From Thermoplasmata archaeon (GTDB lineage: Archaea > Thermoplasmatota > Thermoplasmata > UBA10834), in NCBI GenBank assembly GCA_041559015.1, contig JBFFED010000004.1:2781-66780 (forward strand): a stretch of DNA of 64,000 nt, written 5' to 3'. Position 1 is the stretch's first letter, and each line of letters starts with the position of its first letter. The notes under the pieces are model-generated. The model made no database searches. It had not been told where the DNA came from and saw nothing but the letters and a program-made list of their open reading frames with translations. Both the position numbers and the translations under genes were made by a program. Below are positions 37,931-46,133 of this stretch, in pieces.

Positions 37931-40900
37931 TCAGCCTGTGACGACCATCGGGGTCGCTATCACTATCGTCACGAACGGGTTCTTCACCTTTCCTTCCGGC
38001 CTGTCGTTCTTCCACTCGTGCACCGCGAAGTACCTCCAGGACATGCCACTGTCAGTCCAGAGGTTCATGTAGAACCCGATGTTCGAGATGTAGTATCCCG
38101 TCACGGATGTAATCGACAGGTTCGTTGCGAGGATGTCGGTGTATCCGTCGCCGTTCATGTCGACCGCGTCGAACAACGTCGGGGCGATGTCCGTGTAGTA
38201 CGGCCTGACGCCGGACAGGCGGGAGCTTGGGTTCACATAGAACGATGTGTTTCCCGGAGGCTCGCCCGGCTGAAGGCCCCACAGGCTGCCATCGAGCGTC
38301 CTGTAGACCTTCCAGATAGAGTTGCTCGCGATGGCGTCGTTGTGCTTCGCCACTACCACTTCCAGGAACGTGGAGTTGCCGTCGATGTTCGCGCCCCTCA
38401 CGCAGGTCCAGCTGGGATCGGATACCACGCCCACCGCCGTGTAGCCCGCAAAGGTGTCAGTGAACACGCCGACCATGTCTATGTCTATGTAGTCCCTGAT
38501 CGTGCCGCTTGCATTGGACAGCAACGAGTCCGTCACCTTCAGGTAGATCGCCTTGCCCATGGCTGTCGCCGGGAGGGCGTATTCGTAGTACTCGTATTCG
38601 GATCCGAACACTGTCAGTATCGGCGTGTAGGCAGTGCCGTCTATCGAGTACCAGATGTAGAAGACCTCCTGAGGCGAACCGCCCTCAGCGCCTGTCTTGG
38701 CGTACAGCCTCAACTCCAGGTCGGCCCTGTTCGGCAACGTGTCGAACTTCATGGTCATCACGACACAACCCGGATAGGGGTTGGTTCCGGTCTCGATGAA
38801 CCTTATCGCCGCACCGTCGACGAGCTGCGTGTTCTCGACGGTACCGCTCTCCACCGTGCCTGCCTCTACCTTAGGAATCCAGCCGGGGAGATCATAGTCC
38901 AGGGTTGTCTGTGACCCGGTCTGCTCCGTGTAGTAGTTGACGTTCACTCCGTTGAACCCGCCTGCAAAGGCGCTGCTGGTCGTGTCCGCGGTCAGGATAT
39001 CGAGGTTCCCGTCTTTGTTCATGTCCTCGAGATCGATGTCCTCGGTGGCGGTTCCTGTCGACACGGCGAACCTCCCCCTCTCCTGGAAGTACGGGACAAG
39101 CGCGAGGTCGAAGGTGTAGCTCAGGTCGTATATGGATATCTTCTTGCCGCCCAGCACGACCAGGTCTGCCCTCCCGTCTCCGGTCATATCCGCGAGCTCG
39201 ATCTTCGCCACCGGCGTGCCCCAGCTCTGGCCGACCGGCGCGGTGTAGAGCATGCCTCTGGAACCGTACTTCGCCTCGTAGAGCACTATCTGGCCGTACG
39301 AGTTGGTATAGGCGAAGTCGTTGTTGCCGTCCCCGCTGAAATCGCCTATGGATATCCACGTGATATGGTAGTCGTATCCGTCAGGCCTTGAGAGAAGGCT
39401 CGCCGACTGCCACGTCCCGAAGGTATTCAGGGTGTTCTCGAAGAACATCAGGTAGTTGCTGGCCGCGACACCCATGATGATGTCCTTGTCCCCGTCGGCA
39501 TCGATATCGCCGACCGCCATCGCGGTCACGGTGTAATCCGTGTTGTCCCCCGGGGTGCTCTCGGACAGCCACAGCACCCTGGTACTGAACAGGAGATTGT
39601 TCTGTATGAAGTACAGATACTCCCTGGTGTTGAAGTTGCTCTGGCCAGTGGCCATCCCTGAGGTGCCAGCAGCAAAGTCCGCACGCTGGCCCGCACCGGT
39701 TATGAACACCTGGGCGGAGAGCGAGTATATGCCCTCGTTGGAGTCGTTCAGCTTGGATATGAACAGGTTGTAGGAGTTGATGCCGGCCCTCCACTGGACT
39801 CCGTTGTTCATCCTTAGATCCACGCTGAAGTTGTAATGCGTGGCGTCGAGCCGCCAGACCTTGGAAATCATGCTCCCAGCGGGCGGGGTGCCGTATAACT
39901 CCGTCGCGCCCGTCATGTCCTTGATCCTCACCTCGGCCAGTGTCGGGCTGGGCGGGTTATCGGTGTTCTGGACCTCTATGGAGACATAGATCCTGCACGA
40001 GTCAGAGGAGGCGACCTTGAACGAGCTCGTCCTGTTGCCCCACTCCTCAGTGTAGGCGCTGTCCTTGTAGAGCGTTACCTTCGGCCAGAAGGATATCGAG
40101 GAGGTCGGATCGTCCACGAGTATCATTGGCTGCTGCTCGAAGGCCCGCTGGGGCGCGCCCGGGCTCGGGGTGTTCTTCAGCGTTATGAACAATGTGTACG
40201 CGCTGGGGGGCAGAGGGCTGGTATTGAACTGGCACTCGTAGATGTATATCCCACCGCCCGTGCCGGACATCGGATAGAACGGCCTGGCGGCCGTGCTGAG
40301 GTTCCAGAACAACGGTTGGATGGGCATGTTGGTCCTGGTATCCACCACGACCAGGGTGTTCTGTGAGAGTATGTTGTTCAGAGTCATACTGGCCACGCGG
40401 ACGAATACCAGGTGGTCCTTGGTGAAAGTTGTCTGCGGGGCCAACACATTGGCGACCCCGAGCGGCCTGCTGCCGTTGTACATCTCCTCGTATATGCCGT
40501 ATCCCTGGTTGTCGAAGAACCATGTGAGGTACGCCGGCAGGAAGCTGTCACCAGAGTAGAGGATCTCGTCCGGGTTAGGGATCCGCACAGGCTGCACTGG
40601 CAGCACGGTCACGGTCATGATGAACGAGGATGCTGAGACGTGTCCCGCAAGGTCCACGGCGTACACCATTATGACACCGCCATCGAGCTCGCTGGAGCCG
40701 AGTTCCCTGTCATAGACATCCGAGAAGTTCCATCCGAACGTCGAGCCCGAGACTGAGTTCGGGTATCTCCTCTCGAAGCCTGCACCCTCGAGGTCTGAGG
40801 AGTCTATCCACACGCCGTTCGTCGTGTTGAGGTCGTTGTCCGGATCGGTTATGGTCGCGAAGAACCAGAAGTCGTCCCATTCCTTGACTGCGTCAGGCGT

Positions 40901-41419
40901 GGGCGTGTTCGGGTCGGAGTCGATATACCGCTGTAGGATGTTGGGCGCATTGCCTCCGCTACCACCGGTAACCTGGCTGGTCCATATCATGGAGCTCTTC
41001 CGCAGGTCCAGCACGATTACGGTCACCTTGCTCGAGTAACTCACGTTGTCAAGGGTCTTCTTCCAGGCCGTCCCGGTGTTCCAGACGCCGGAGTTCATGC
41101 TGGGATCGCCGGACAGGTTGTACCTATAGAAGACGTTGTCGATGTCCACGAGCACGATGGTCTCGTCTGCCCTGAGTGTTGCGCCTCCGGCATGTACTAT
41201 GGTCAGGTTGGCCTTCTCGCCGTTGTCCCAGAACATGATGCTCGCTGAGAAAGACGCTTTGGTGGTCTGTTCCGGAACGGGCATCTGCTGTACGAAGGCG
41301 ATAATGCTGCTGAATAGCACGACCGTGATCGCGAGAATCATGATGTTGCCGACGACCTCGGAAACACCCTCATTGTTCTTCCAAGACTTCTTCTTCCGAA
41401 CATCGACGTACATCTTCAT
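37931..41419 (-). CDS. Large surface protein: archaeal type IV pilin-like (class III) signal/DUF1628 N-domain plus FG-GAP/VCBS-type repeats
   Basis: 1162 aa. N-terminus KKKSWKNNEG|VSEVVGNIMILAITVVLFSSIIAFV then LTIVHAGGATL. Five DxDxDG-type motifs (VGDIDADGDKD, IGDFSGDGNND, LADMTGDGRAD, LEDMNKDGNLD, AVDMNGDGYTD). About 15 N-x-S/T sequons. ggagg before the ATG. Confidence 0.8.
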   Translation of the reverse strand: MKMYVDVRKKKSWKNNEGVSEVVGNIMILAITVVLFSSIIAFVQQMPVPEQTTKASFSASIMFWDNGEKANLTIVHAGGATLRADETIVLVDIDNVFYRYNLSGDPSMNSGVWNTGTAWKKTLDNVSYSSKVTVIVLDLRKSSMIWTSQVTGGSGGNAPNILQRYIDSDPNTPTPDAVKEWDDFWFFATITDPDNDLNTTNGVWIDSSDLEGAGFERRYPNSVSGSTFGWNFSDVYDRELGSSELDGGVIMVYAVDLAGHVSASSFIMTVTVLPVQPVRIPNPDEILYSGDSFLPAYLTWFFDNQGYGIYEEMYNGSRPLGVANVLAPQTTFTKDHLVFVRVASMTLNNILSQNTLVVVDTRTNMPIQPLFWNLSTAARPFYPMSGTGGGIYIYECQFNTSPLPPSAYTLFITLKNTPSPGAPQRAFEQQPMILVDDPTSSISFWPKVTLYKDSAYTEEWGNRTSSFKVASSDSCRIYVSIEVQNTDNPPSPTLAEVRIKDMTGATELYGTPPAGSMISKVWRLDATHYNFSVDLRMNNGVQWRAGINSYNLFISKLNDSNEGIYSLSAQVFITGAGQRADFAAGTSGMATGQSNFNTREYLYFIQNNLLFSTRVLWLSESTPGDNTDYTVTAMAVGDIDADGDKDIIMGVAASNYLMFFENTLNTFGTWQSASLLSRPDGYDYHITWISIGDFSGDGNNDFAYTNSYGQIVLYEAKYGSRGMLYTAPVGQSWGTPVAKIELADMTGDGRADLVVLGGKKISIYDLSYTFDLALVPYFQERGRFAVSTGTATEDIDLEDMNKDGNLDILTADTTSSAFAGGFNGVNVNYYTEQTGSQTTLDYDLPGWIPKVEAGTVESGTVENTQLVDGAAIRFIETGTNPYPGCVVMTMKFDTLPNRADLELRLYAKTGAEGGSPQEVFYIWYSIDGTAYTPILTVFGSEYEYYEYALPATAMGKAIYLKVTDSLLSNASGTIRDYIDIDMVGVFTDTFAGYTAVGVVSDPSWTCVRGANIDGNSTFLEVVVAKHNDAIASNSIWKVYRTLDGSLWGLQPGEPPGNTSFYVNPSSRLSGVRPYYTDIAPTLFDAVDMNGDGYTDILATNLSITSVTGYYISNIGFYMNLWTDSGMSWRYFAVHEWKNDRPEGKVKNPFVTIVIATPMVVTG

Positions 41420-41480
41420 CGGCCTCCGGGGGGGAGAGAATCCTAACTCATTTGCTAGTCCGATTCAACGTGTTGGACCG

Positions 41481-41489
41481 TATATAAAC
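41481..41489. promoter_or_regulatory. TATA box tatataaac (copy 1)
   Basis: Within the 185-nt divergent spacer; about 66 nt from the surface-protein ATG (41419); near-identical to the copy at 41574. Confidence 0.45.
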
Positions 41490-41573
41490 ATGTTGAGGTC
41501 ATTACCAACTACCAGTCGAACGGCCAAACGTCCGCTGAGCGCTCGTCCGCGTCCCGCGCGCGCACACGAACGG

Positions 41574-41583
41574 TTATATAAAC
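41574..41583 (+). promoter_or_regulatory. TATA box ttatataaac (copy 2)
   Basis: Centred 27 nt upstream of ATG 41605, implying a leaderless transcript for the wHTH-ATPase gene. Confidence 0.5.
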
Positions 41584-41604
41584 ACAGTCGCATGACAATC
41601 ACCG

Positions 41605-42738
41605 ATGCCGGAGCCTGGCCAGCTGAGCGTCAACGACAGGGTTCTTCTGCACATATCCAGGTTCGCGACTGACATTGAGCCGGAGGAGTATCCCCCGGAT
41701 TGCACTCAGGCGGGGATAGCCGTCGCAGTGGGTATATCCCGCACGCATGTCCCCAGATCTGTCAAGGGTCTGATGAAGGAGGGGCTTGTCACCGAGCTGA
41801 CCGCCCGGGTCAGGGGCCACGAGAGGAGGATGAGCGTCTACACGGTCTCCACCGAAGGGCTCAGGGCCGCGGACAGCCTTTGGCGAACGGCGCAGACACA
41901 GGAGTTCTCCGTCCTCAAGGACGGTTCCGTCATCCGTATGACGGGGCGGAGTATCGAGGAGAAGGTCGGGAGGAAGAAGGCGATAGCTGCCATCTCGCAG
42001 ATGCGCGATGGTGTCCTGACCATAGAGGAGAGAAGGCGCTCGCCAGTGAGAGCCCTCGAGGATGCGCCGCACCTCGACAAATTCTACGGACGCGAGGCTG
42101 AGCTTGAGAGCATGGACAGATTCATGGACTCGGATTCCAGGATCCTCGTGGTCCTTGGGAACAAGGGTTACGGCACCACCGCGCTGACCCGCAAGTTCGT
42201 GGATAGTCAAGACGAAGAGGATGTCCTCTGGGTGGGCCTGAACGAACGCACAACAGTCGAGGATATCGAGGAGAGGCTGGTCCGGTTCGGCCGGAGGATC
42301 GATAAGAGTGTCCAGGACTCGAAAGGAGTGCTGGGACTTGACAACGCGCTCCTGATATTCGACGATTACTTCTCGGTATCAGAAGGCGTCGTGGAGTTCT
42401 TCGGATGGCTGGTGGAGAACGCCGGGGCCGCCAAGGTGATTATCAACGCGAGGCAGGAAACCCCCGCGTACAATTGGTTCTACCGTAGGAAGAATGTGGA
42501 CTCCGGCGTTGTGCAGGAGCTCAGGATCAAGGGCCTGGACGCCGCAAGCTCCAGGAGACTGATTGGGAACGACTGGATCGAGCCGGACGCTCTGAAGAGG
42601 ATCATGATGATCACGCACGGGCAGCCTATGGTGCTCAGGATGCTCAGGGAGGAGGACCAGAAAGGGTTGAAGAAGAACACGCTCTTCACGCCCGAGGAGA
42701 TCAGGTATCTCCTCTTCCTGAAAGCGAAGGTGGAGTGA
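41605..42738 (+). CDS. wHTH domain fused to a STAND/Arch_ATPase-like NTPase with degenerate Walker A
   Basis: N-terminal wHTH (QAGIAVAVGISRTHVPRSVKGLMKEGLV), then FYGREAELESM, P-loop position VVLGNKGYGTTAL (Lys replaced by Thr; nt 42157-42180), Walker B ALLIFDDY, ITHGQPMVLRML. Confidence 0.65.
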   Translation: MPEPGQLSVNDRVLLHISRFATDIEPEEYPPDCTQAGIAVAVGISRTHVPRSVKGLMKEGLVTELTARVRGHERRMSVYTVSTEGLRAADSLWRTAQTQEFSVLKDGSVIRMTGRSIEEKVGRKKAIAAISQMRDGVLTIEERRRSPVRALEDAPHLDKFYGREAELESMDRFMDSDSRILVVLGNKGYGTTALTRKFVDSQDEEDVLWVGLNERTTVEDIEERLVRFGRRIDKSVQDSKGVLGLDNALLIFDDYFSVSEGVVEFFGWLVENAGAAKVIINARQETPAYNWFYRRKNVDSGVVQELRIKGLDAASSRRLIGNDWIEPDALKRIMMITHGQPMVLRMLREEDQKGLKKNTLFTPEEIRYLLFLKAKVE

Positions 42739-42747
42739 CCTGCGGCT

Positions 42748-43281
42748 TTACCACTCGACGCCCTTCCTCGACTTGCCCCCTCGATCGAACGGGTGCTTCC
42801 AGCTGTCTATGACTGACACGTAGTCCGCGTAATCGATGAACTCGAGGGGGGCGTTCCTCCCGGTCAGAACGACCTCGATATCTCTTCCCCTGGCCTCCAG
42901 CACGTCCATGACCGCCCCCGCCTCGAGAAGGCCGAACGAGACTGCGACATTGACCTCGTCCAGTACGAGGAGGGCACACTCGCGCCTGGCCAGAAGAGCA
43001 CTGACCTGTTCGAGGGCGTCCTTGGCGCACTTGACGTCTTCCTCGGTAATCTTCTTGGGGTCGACGAACCTCCCCGTCCCGAACTGAAAGACCTGGACCC
43101 CGGGGAGATTCTTCGCGGCCCTCACCTCGCCCGTGGTCTCGCCCGTCTTCATGAACTGCACGATGCAGACCTTGACCCCGTGTCCAGAGGCGCGCAATGC
43201 CAGGCCGAAGGCAGCCGTGGTCTTGCCCTTCCCGGGGCCAGTAATCACGTGCACCTTGCCCAGGTACTCCGAGTCGCTCAT
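42748..43281 (-). CDS. cobA: Cob(I)alamin adenosyltransferase family protein (CobA/CobO/BtuR type)
   Basis: VITGPGKGKTTAAFGLALRASGHGVKVCIVQFMK, LLVLDEV, VVLTGRNAP, KHPFDRG..RKGVEW; ORF extends to TTG 43335, ATG 43281 preferred. Confidence 0.8.
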   Translation of the reverse strand: MSDSEYLGKVHVITGPGKGKTTAAFGLALRASGHGVKVCIVQFMKTGETTGEVRAAKNLPGVQVFQFGTGRFVDPKKITEEDVKCAKDALEQVSALLARRECALLVLDEVNVAVSFGLLEAGAVMDVLEARGRDIEVVLTGRNAPLEFIDYADYVSVIDSWKHPFDRGGKSRKGVEW

Positions 43282-43321
43282 CTGCCTGGAAAGGCACTTG
43301 CAGGTAGAAAAACCGACGCCC

Positions 43322-43828
43322 CTAGGAGCCGCCAAAGAGCCGATGCTCCCCCGGCGTCGAGAACTCCCGTTCGAGGAGCCCTAGCTGCTGTGTCTCGAAG
43401 GTGCGGGAATCGATGGGCACGAGGAGGAATGCTCCTGACATCGCAACCTCCTCGTTCGTGAGCTGGACCGCCTTCATCACCGCCGCGAACCCGTTCTCCG
43501 TGACCAGGTACTCCAGGCCATCCAGGAGCACGACCGCTCCGGGGTTCGCGTTGATGAAATCGGAAATCGTGCTGTGTATCTTCATCAGCCTCGTAGGCTC
43601 GAGGCTCATGATCCCTCCGGTCGGCCTTGCAGACTTCGCTATCCACATGACTGGGCAGTCGAGGCCGTGGATCTGCTGCACCCTTGTCGGGTGCGTCCGG
43701 GTTATGACGAGCCCCCGCCTGGCCTCTGACACCAGCCTCTTGAAGGCCTCGAAGGCCTTCGAGACTGCGTTCTCCGTGAAAAGATACGAACTGCCACCTT
43801 TCAGGATCGGCTCTTCTTCGTGGCTCAT
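43322..43828 (-). CDS. DUF835 domain protein
   Basis: YLFTEN..AFEAFKRLVSEARRGLVITRTHP..PVMWIAKS..VVLLDGLEYLVTENGF..FLLVPIDSRTFE..LLEREF follows the DUF835 pattern closely. Confidence 0.75.
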   Translation of the reverse strand: MSHEEEPILKGGSSYLFTENAVSKAFEAFKRLVSEARRGLVITRTHPTRVQQIHGLDCPVMWIAKSARPTGGIMSLEPTRLMKIHSTISDFINANPGAVVLLDGLEYLVTENGFAAVMKAVQLTNEEVAMSGAFLLVPIDSRTFETQQLGLLEREFSTPGEHRLFGGS

Positions 43829-43837
43829 GAGAGTGCT

Positions 43838-44512
43838 CTATCTGAGGCCGGCCTGCACGGCGAGGCCTTCGTCAGTGATATCAATCAGCTGCCTGCCCGT
43901 GGTGTGCTTGGTCCCCCTCATCTTGAGGACCTCAAGGAACTTGCGTCTGACCTTCTCCTCTTCCGGGTAGGACAGCATTATGACGCCGTCGACCATGTAC
44001 GATTCCTGGCTGTGGGAGATGTCGTCGTAGGACATCTCGGCGGTGACGAGTGTGAGGCTCTCGAACCCCTTGAGGCAGGAGAAGAGTTCGTGCATGAACT
44101 CCCTGGTCTCCCCCCTCCACTGCAACATGTCGGTCATAGGGGTGATAGGGTCAATGACTATCCTCTTCGGCTGGTACTGCTCGATGTGTTTCCGGATGAT
44201 CCCCAGCATGTCGCTCGGGTTCTTCAGGAGCGTCGGCCCGATGTCGATGAAGTTCACCGCGCCCTTCTCGACCATCTCCTGGTTGTAGAATGAGAACGAG
44301 GACAGGAACTTCTGCACGAGCCACTGGGGCTCCGAGATGGCGGTGATGTAGAGCCCCTTCTCGCCCTGGTGGGCCCCGTGGAACAGGCTCTGGACCGCGA
44401 GTGTGGTCTTCCCCGTCCCAGGCTCACCGGCGATGAGTACCGCCGACGGAAACGGGAACCCGCCCTGGAGCATGCCGTCCAACCCCGGTATGCCCGTCGT
44501 CTTCCTGGTCAT
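43838..44512 (-). CDS. Single-domain KaiC/RecA-superfamily ATPase (KaiC-like)
   Basis: TGIPGLDGMLQGGFPFPSAVLIAGEPGTGKTTLAVQ (Walker A), RIVIDPITPM (Walker B), LEVLKMRGTKHTTG. Confidence 0.8.
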   Translation of the reverse strand: MTRKTTGIPGLDGMLQGGFPFPSAVLIAGEPGTGKTTLAVQSLFHGAHQGEKGLYITAISEPQWLVQKFLSSFSFYNQEMVEKGAVNFIDIGPTLLKNPSDMLGIIRKHIEQYQPKRIVIDPITPMTDMLQWRGETREFMHELFSCLKGFESLTLVTAEMSYDDISHSQESYMVDGVIMLSYPEEEKVRRKFLEVLKMRGTKHTTGRQLIDITDEGLAVQAGLR

Positions 44513-44513
44513 C

Positions 44514-44954
44514 TCACAGCACCTCCGTGTCTATGACAAACACGCACTTGTCGTCGCCCTTGGACACACACTTGCGCTCATGGCAGTAGACGTCCTTGCC
44601 TGTACGGTCCTCGAACACCTTGGCCAGTATGCCTCTGAGCATGTGACATGTGGGGGTGTCGGCGTTGGACGCCTCGATGGACCCGCCCGCGGTTATCGTG
44701 TCTCCCTCGAAGACGATGTCGATGACCCAGCCCTCCTTCATCAGCGCCTCGCGAACCCTGGTGAGCTCGGAACCCGTGCTCCTCAGCAGTCTGTCGCCGA
44801 TGATGCGCCCGCTCCTGTAGAACATCCCGTGCGAAGCGAATGTCATCACGGTCTCGTAAAGCCTCTTGATCTCGACGAGCTCCTCACGGCGCAGCCTTAT
44901 GGCCCTCTCTGGTTGCTCCATACGACACACCTGGTCCGGGGGAGCTTCAATCAC
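44514..44954 (-). CDS. V4R (4-vinyl reductase) domain protein
   Basis: SGRIIGDRLL..., C-terminal Cys cluster CHMLRGILAKVFEDRTGKDVYCHERKCVSKGDDKCVFVI; GTG 44954 or, more likely, ATG 44921 (aggtg 8 nt upstream); stop is 1 nt from the KaiC-like start. Confidence 0.7.
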   Translation of the reverse strand: MIEAPPDQVCRMEQPERAIRLRREELVEIKRLYETVMTFASHGMFYRSGRIIGDRLLRSTGSELTRVREALMKEGWVIDIVFEGDTITAGGSIEASNADTPTCHMLRGILAKVFEDRTGKDVYCHERKCVSKGDDKCVFVIDTEVL

Positions 44955-45015
44955 TAAGTCGGGACTTATACCTTTTGGTACGGTTCCGCCGGAAGCGAAT
45001 GGCTGGCTCGAGACA

Positions 45016-45024
45016 GATTAATCT
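45016..45024 (+). promoter_or_regulatory. TATA-like box gattaatct upstream of the CYTH gene
   Basis: Centred about 30 nt upstream of GTG 45049 / ATG 45052. Confidence 0.35.
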
Positions 45025-45048
45025 ACCTCCAAGCAGTTCGCTGACGAT

Positions 45049-45588
45049 GTGATGGAGGTAGAGGCCAAGTTCCGGTCCCCTGGGAACGACAAGATGGAGA
45101 AGGCGCTCACCCGGCTCGGGGCGAAGAAGGTGTTCTCTGGTAGCATGGAGGACATCTACTTCGTCCACCCGGCCCGTGACTTCGGCCGGACGGACGAGGC
45201 CCTGAGGCTCCGGAGGACGGAGGCGGACTCGGAGCTGACATACAAGGGCCCACGGATGCCCTCGACCACAGGTAAGTCCCGAGAGGAGATCACTCTGAAG
45301 GTGAGCGACCCCCTCGCCGCTCAGAGGATCGTCGAGCGGCTGGGGTTCAAGGAAGGCTTCACAGTGACGAAGAGGCGGGACAGCTACATCTATGACAAAC
45401 TCCGGATAGAGCTCGATTTGGTGGACGGCCTAGGGGAGTTCGTCGAGCTGGAGGTGCTCACGGAATCACCTGAGAGGTCACTGGCGCTACTTGAGTCCGT
45501 GACCAATGAGCTGGGACTTGACAGGCCGGAGCCACTAACATACCTCGAGCTCCTGCTGAAGAAGGCAGAGGCTCAGAGAGGAAAATGA
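45049..45588 (+). CDS. CYTH-domain protein (class IV adenylate cyclase / triphosphate tunnel metalloenzyme)
   Basis: N-terminal ExExK signature (MEVEAKF), DIYF..DEALRLRR..LTYKGP..ELDLVDGLGEFVELE. Confidence 0.8.
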   Translation: MMEVEAKFRSPGNDKMEKALTRLGAKKVFSGSMEDIYFVHPARDFGRTDEALRLRRTEADSELTYKGPRMPSTTGKSREEITLKVSDPLAAQRIVERLGFKEGFTVTKRRDSYIYDKLRIELDLVDGLGEFVELEVLTESPERSLALLESVTNELGLDRPEPLTYLELLLKKAEAQRGK

Positions 45589-45651
45589 GAAATGGGGGAT
45601 GGGACGAGGCCTGGTCCCTCGCCCTTGTTGCGCCGGACGCGAGGCCCGCGC

Positions 45652-45673
45652 AGCCCGCCCGCTGCGGCGGGCT
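45652..45673. terminator. 8-bp GC hairpin agcccgcc / ggcgggct (6-nt loop) between convergent genes
   Basis: Read directly; the right arm ends at the stop codon of the minus-strand 82-aa gene. Confidence 0.4.
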
Positions 45674-45921
45674 CAGAGCTTGTTGATCTTGTCCGTGACG
45701 AACGCCTTTATGTTGGGGTCGTCAGGGATCGTTATAGACTTCTTGTACTTCTCGCTCCCATCCGGGAGGAAGTAACCCCTGGATACTGAGATGAACTCGC
45801 TCACGCCCTCATCCGTGATTGCCTTCTTCCGTGCCACTTCCAAGAAGTTGTTCTTTCCGAACGGTATCTTCTCGGCGCTCAGCGTTTCGAACTGCACTTT
45901 GGTCTCCTTCTCGTCATCCAT
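45673..45921 (-). CDS. Small conserved-looking protein (82 aa), possibly PC4/YdbC-like ssDNA-binding fold
   Basis: ggagg 7 nt before the ATG; IPFGKNNFLEVARKK..SEFISVSRGYFLPDGSEKYKKSITIP echoes the PC4/YdbC pattern; the assignment is tentative. Confidence 0.55.
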   Translation of the reverse strand: MDDEKETKVQFETLSAEKIPFGKNNFLEVARKKAITDEGVSEFISVSRGYFLPDGSEKYKKSITIPDDPNIKAFVTDKINKL

Positions 45922-46102
45922 TCGTTAGCCTCCATTGTAGTGGGCGGCCCTCGAATATAGTCGTCGAATATAAACGTTCGTTGCGGGAGGACTGCGTCCA
46001 GGCATCACAGGTCGCACAGCCACATGCGCCCGTGGAGATCATTCGGCTGGTGCGCGGGCATGGCCAGCACATCAGACGATGCATCTCCGGTGGCAGATAG
46101 AG

Positions 46103-46110
46103 TAATATAG
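46103..46110 (+). promoter_or_regulatory. TATA-like box taatatag
   Basis: Centred 28 nt upstream of GTG 46134 (CPBP protease gene). Confidence 0.4.
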
Positions 46111-46133
46111 ACTGCATTTCGTTCGAGCTGGAC

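Noticed and set aside
37931-44512. Idea that the pilin-signal protein and the KaiC-like (ArlH-like) ATPase form an archaellum or pilus locus
   Set aside because: No ArlI/PilB-type secretion ATPase, ArlJ/PilC platform protein, prepilin peptidase or additional pilin/archaellin genes lie in the interval. The ATPase sits in a separate operon with V4R and DUF835 partners.
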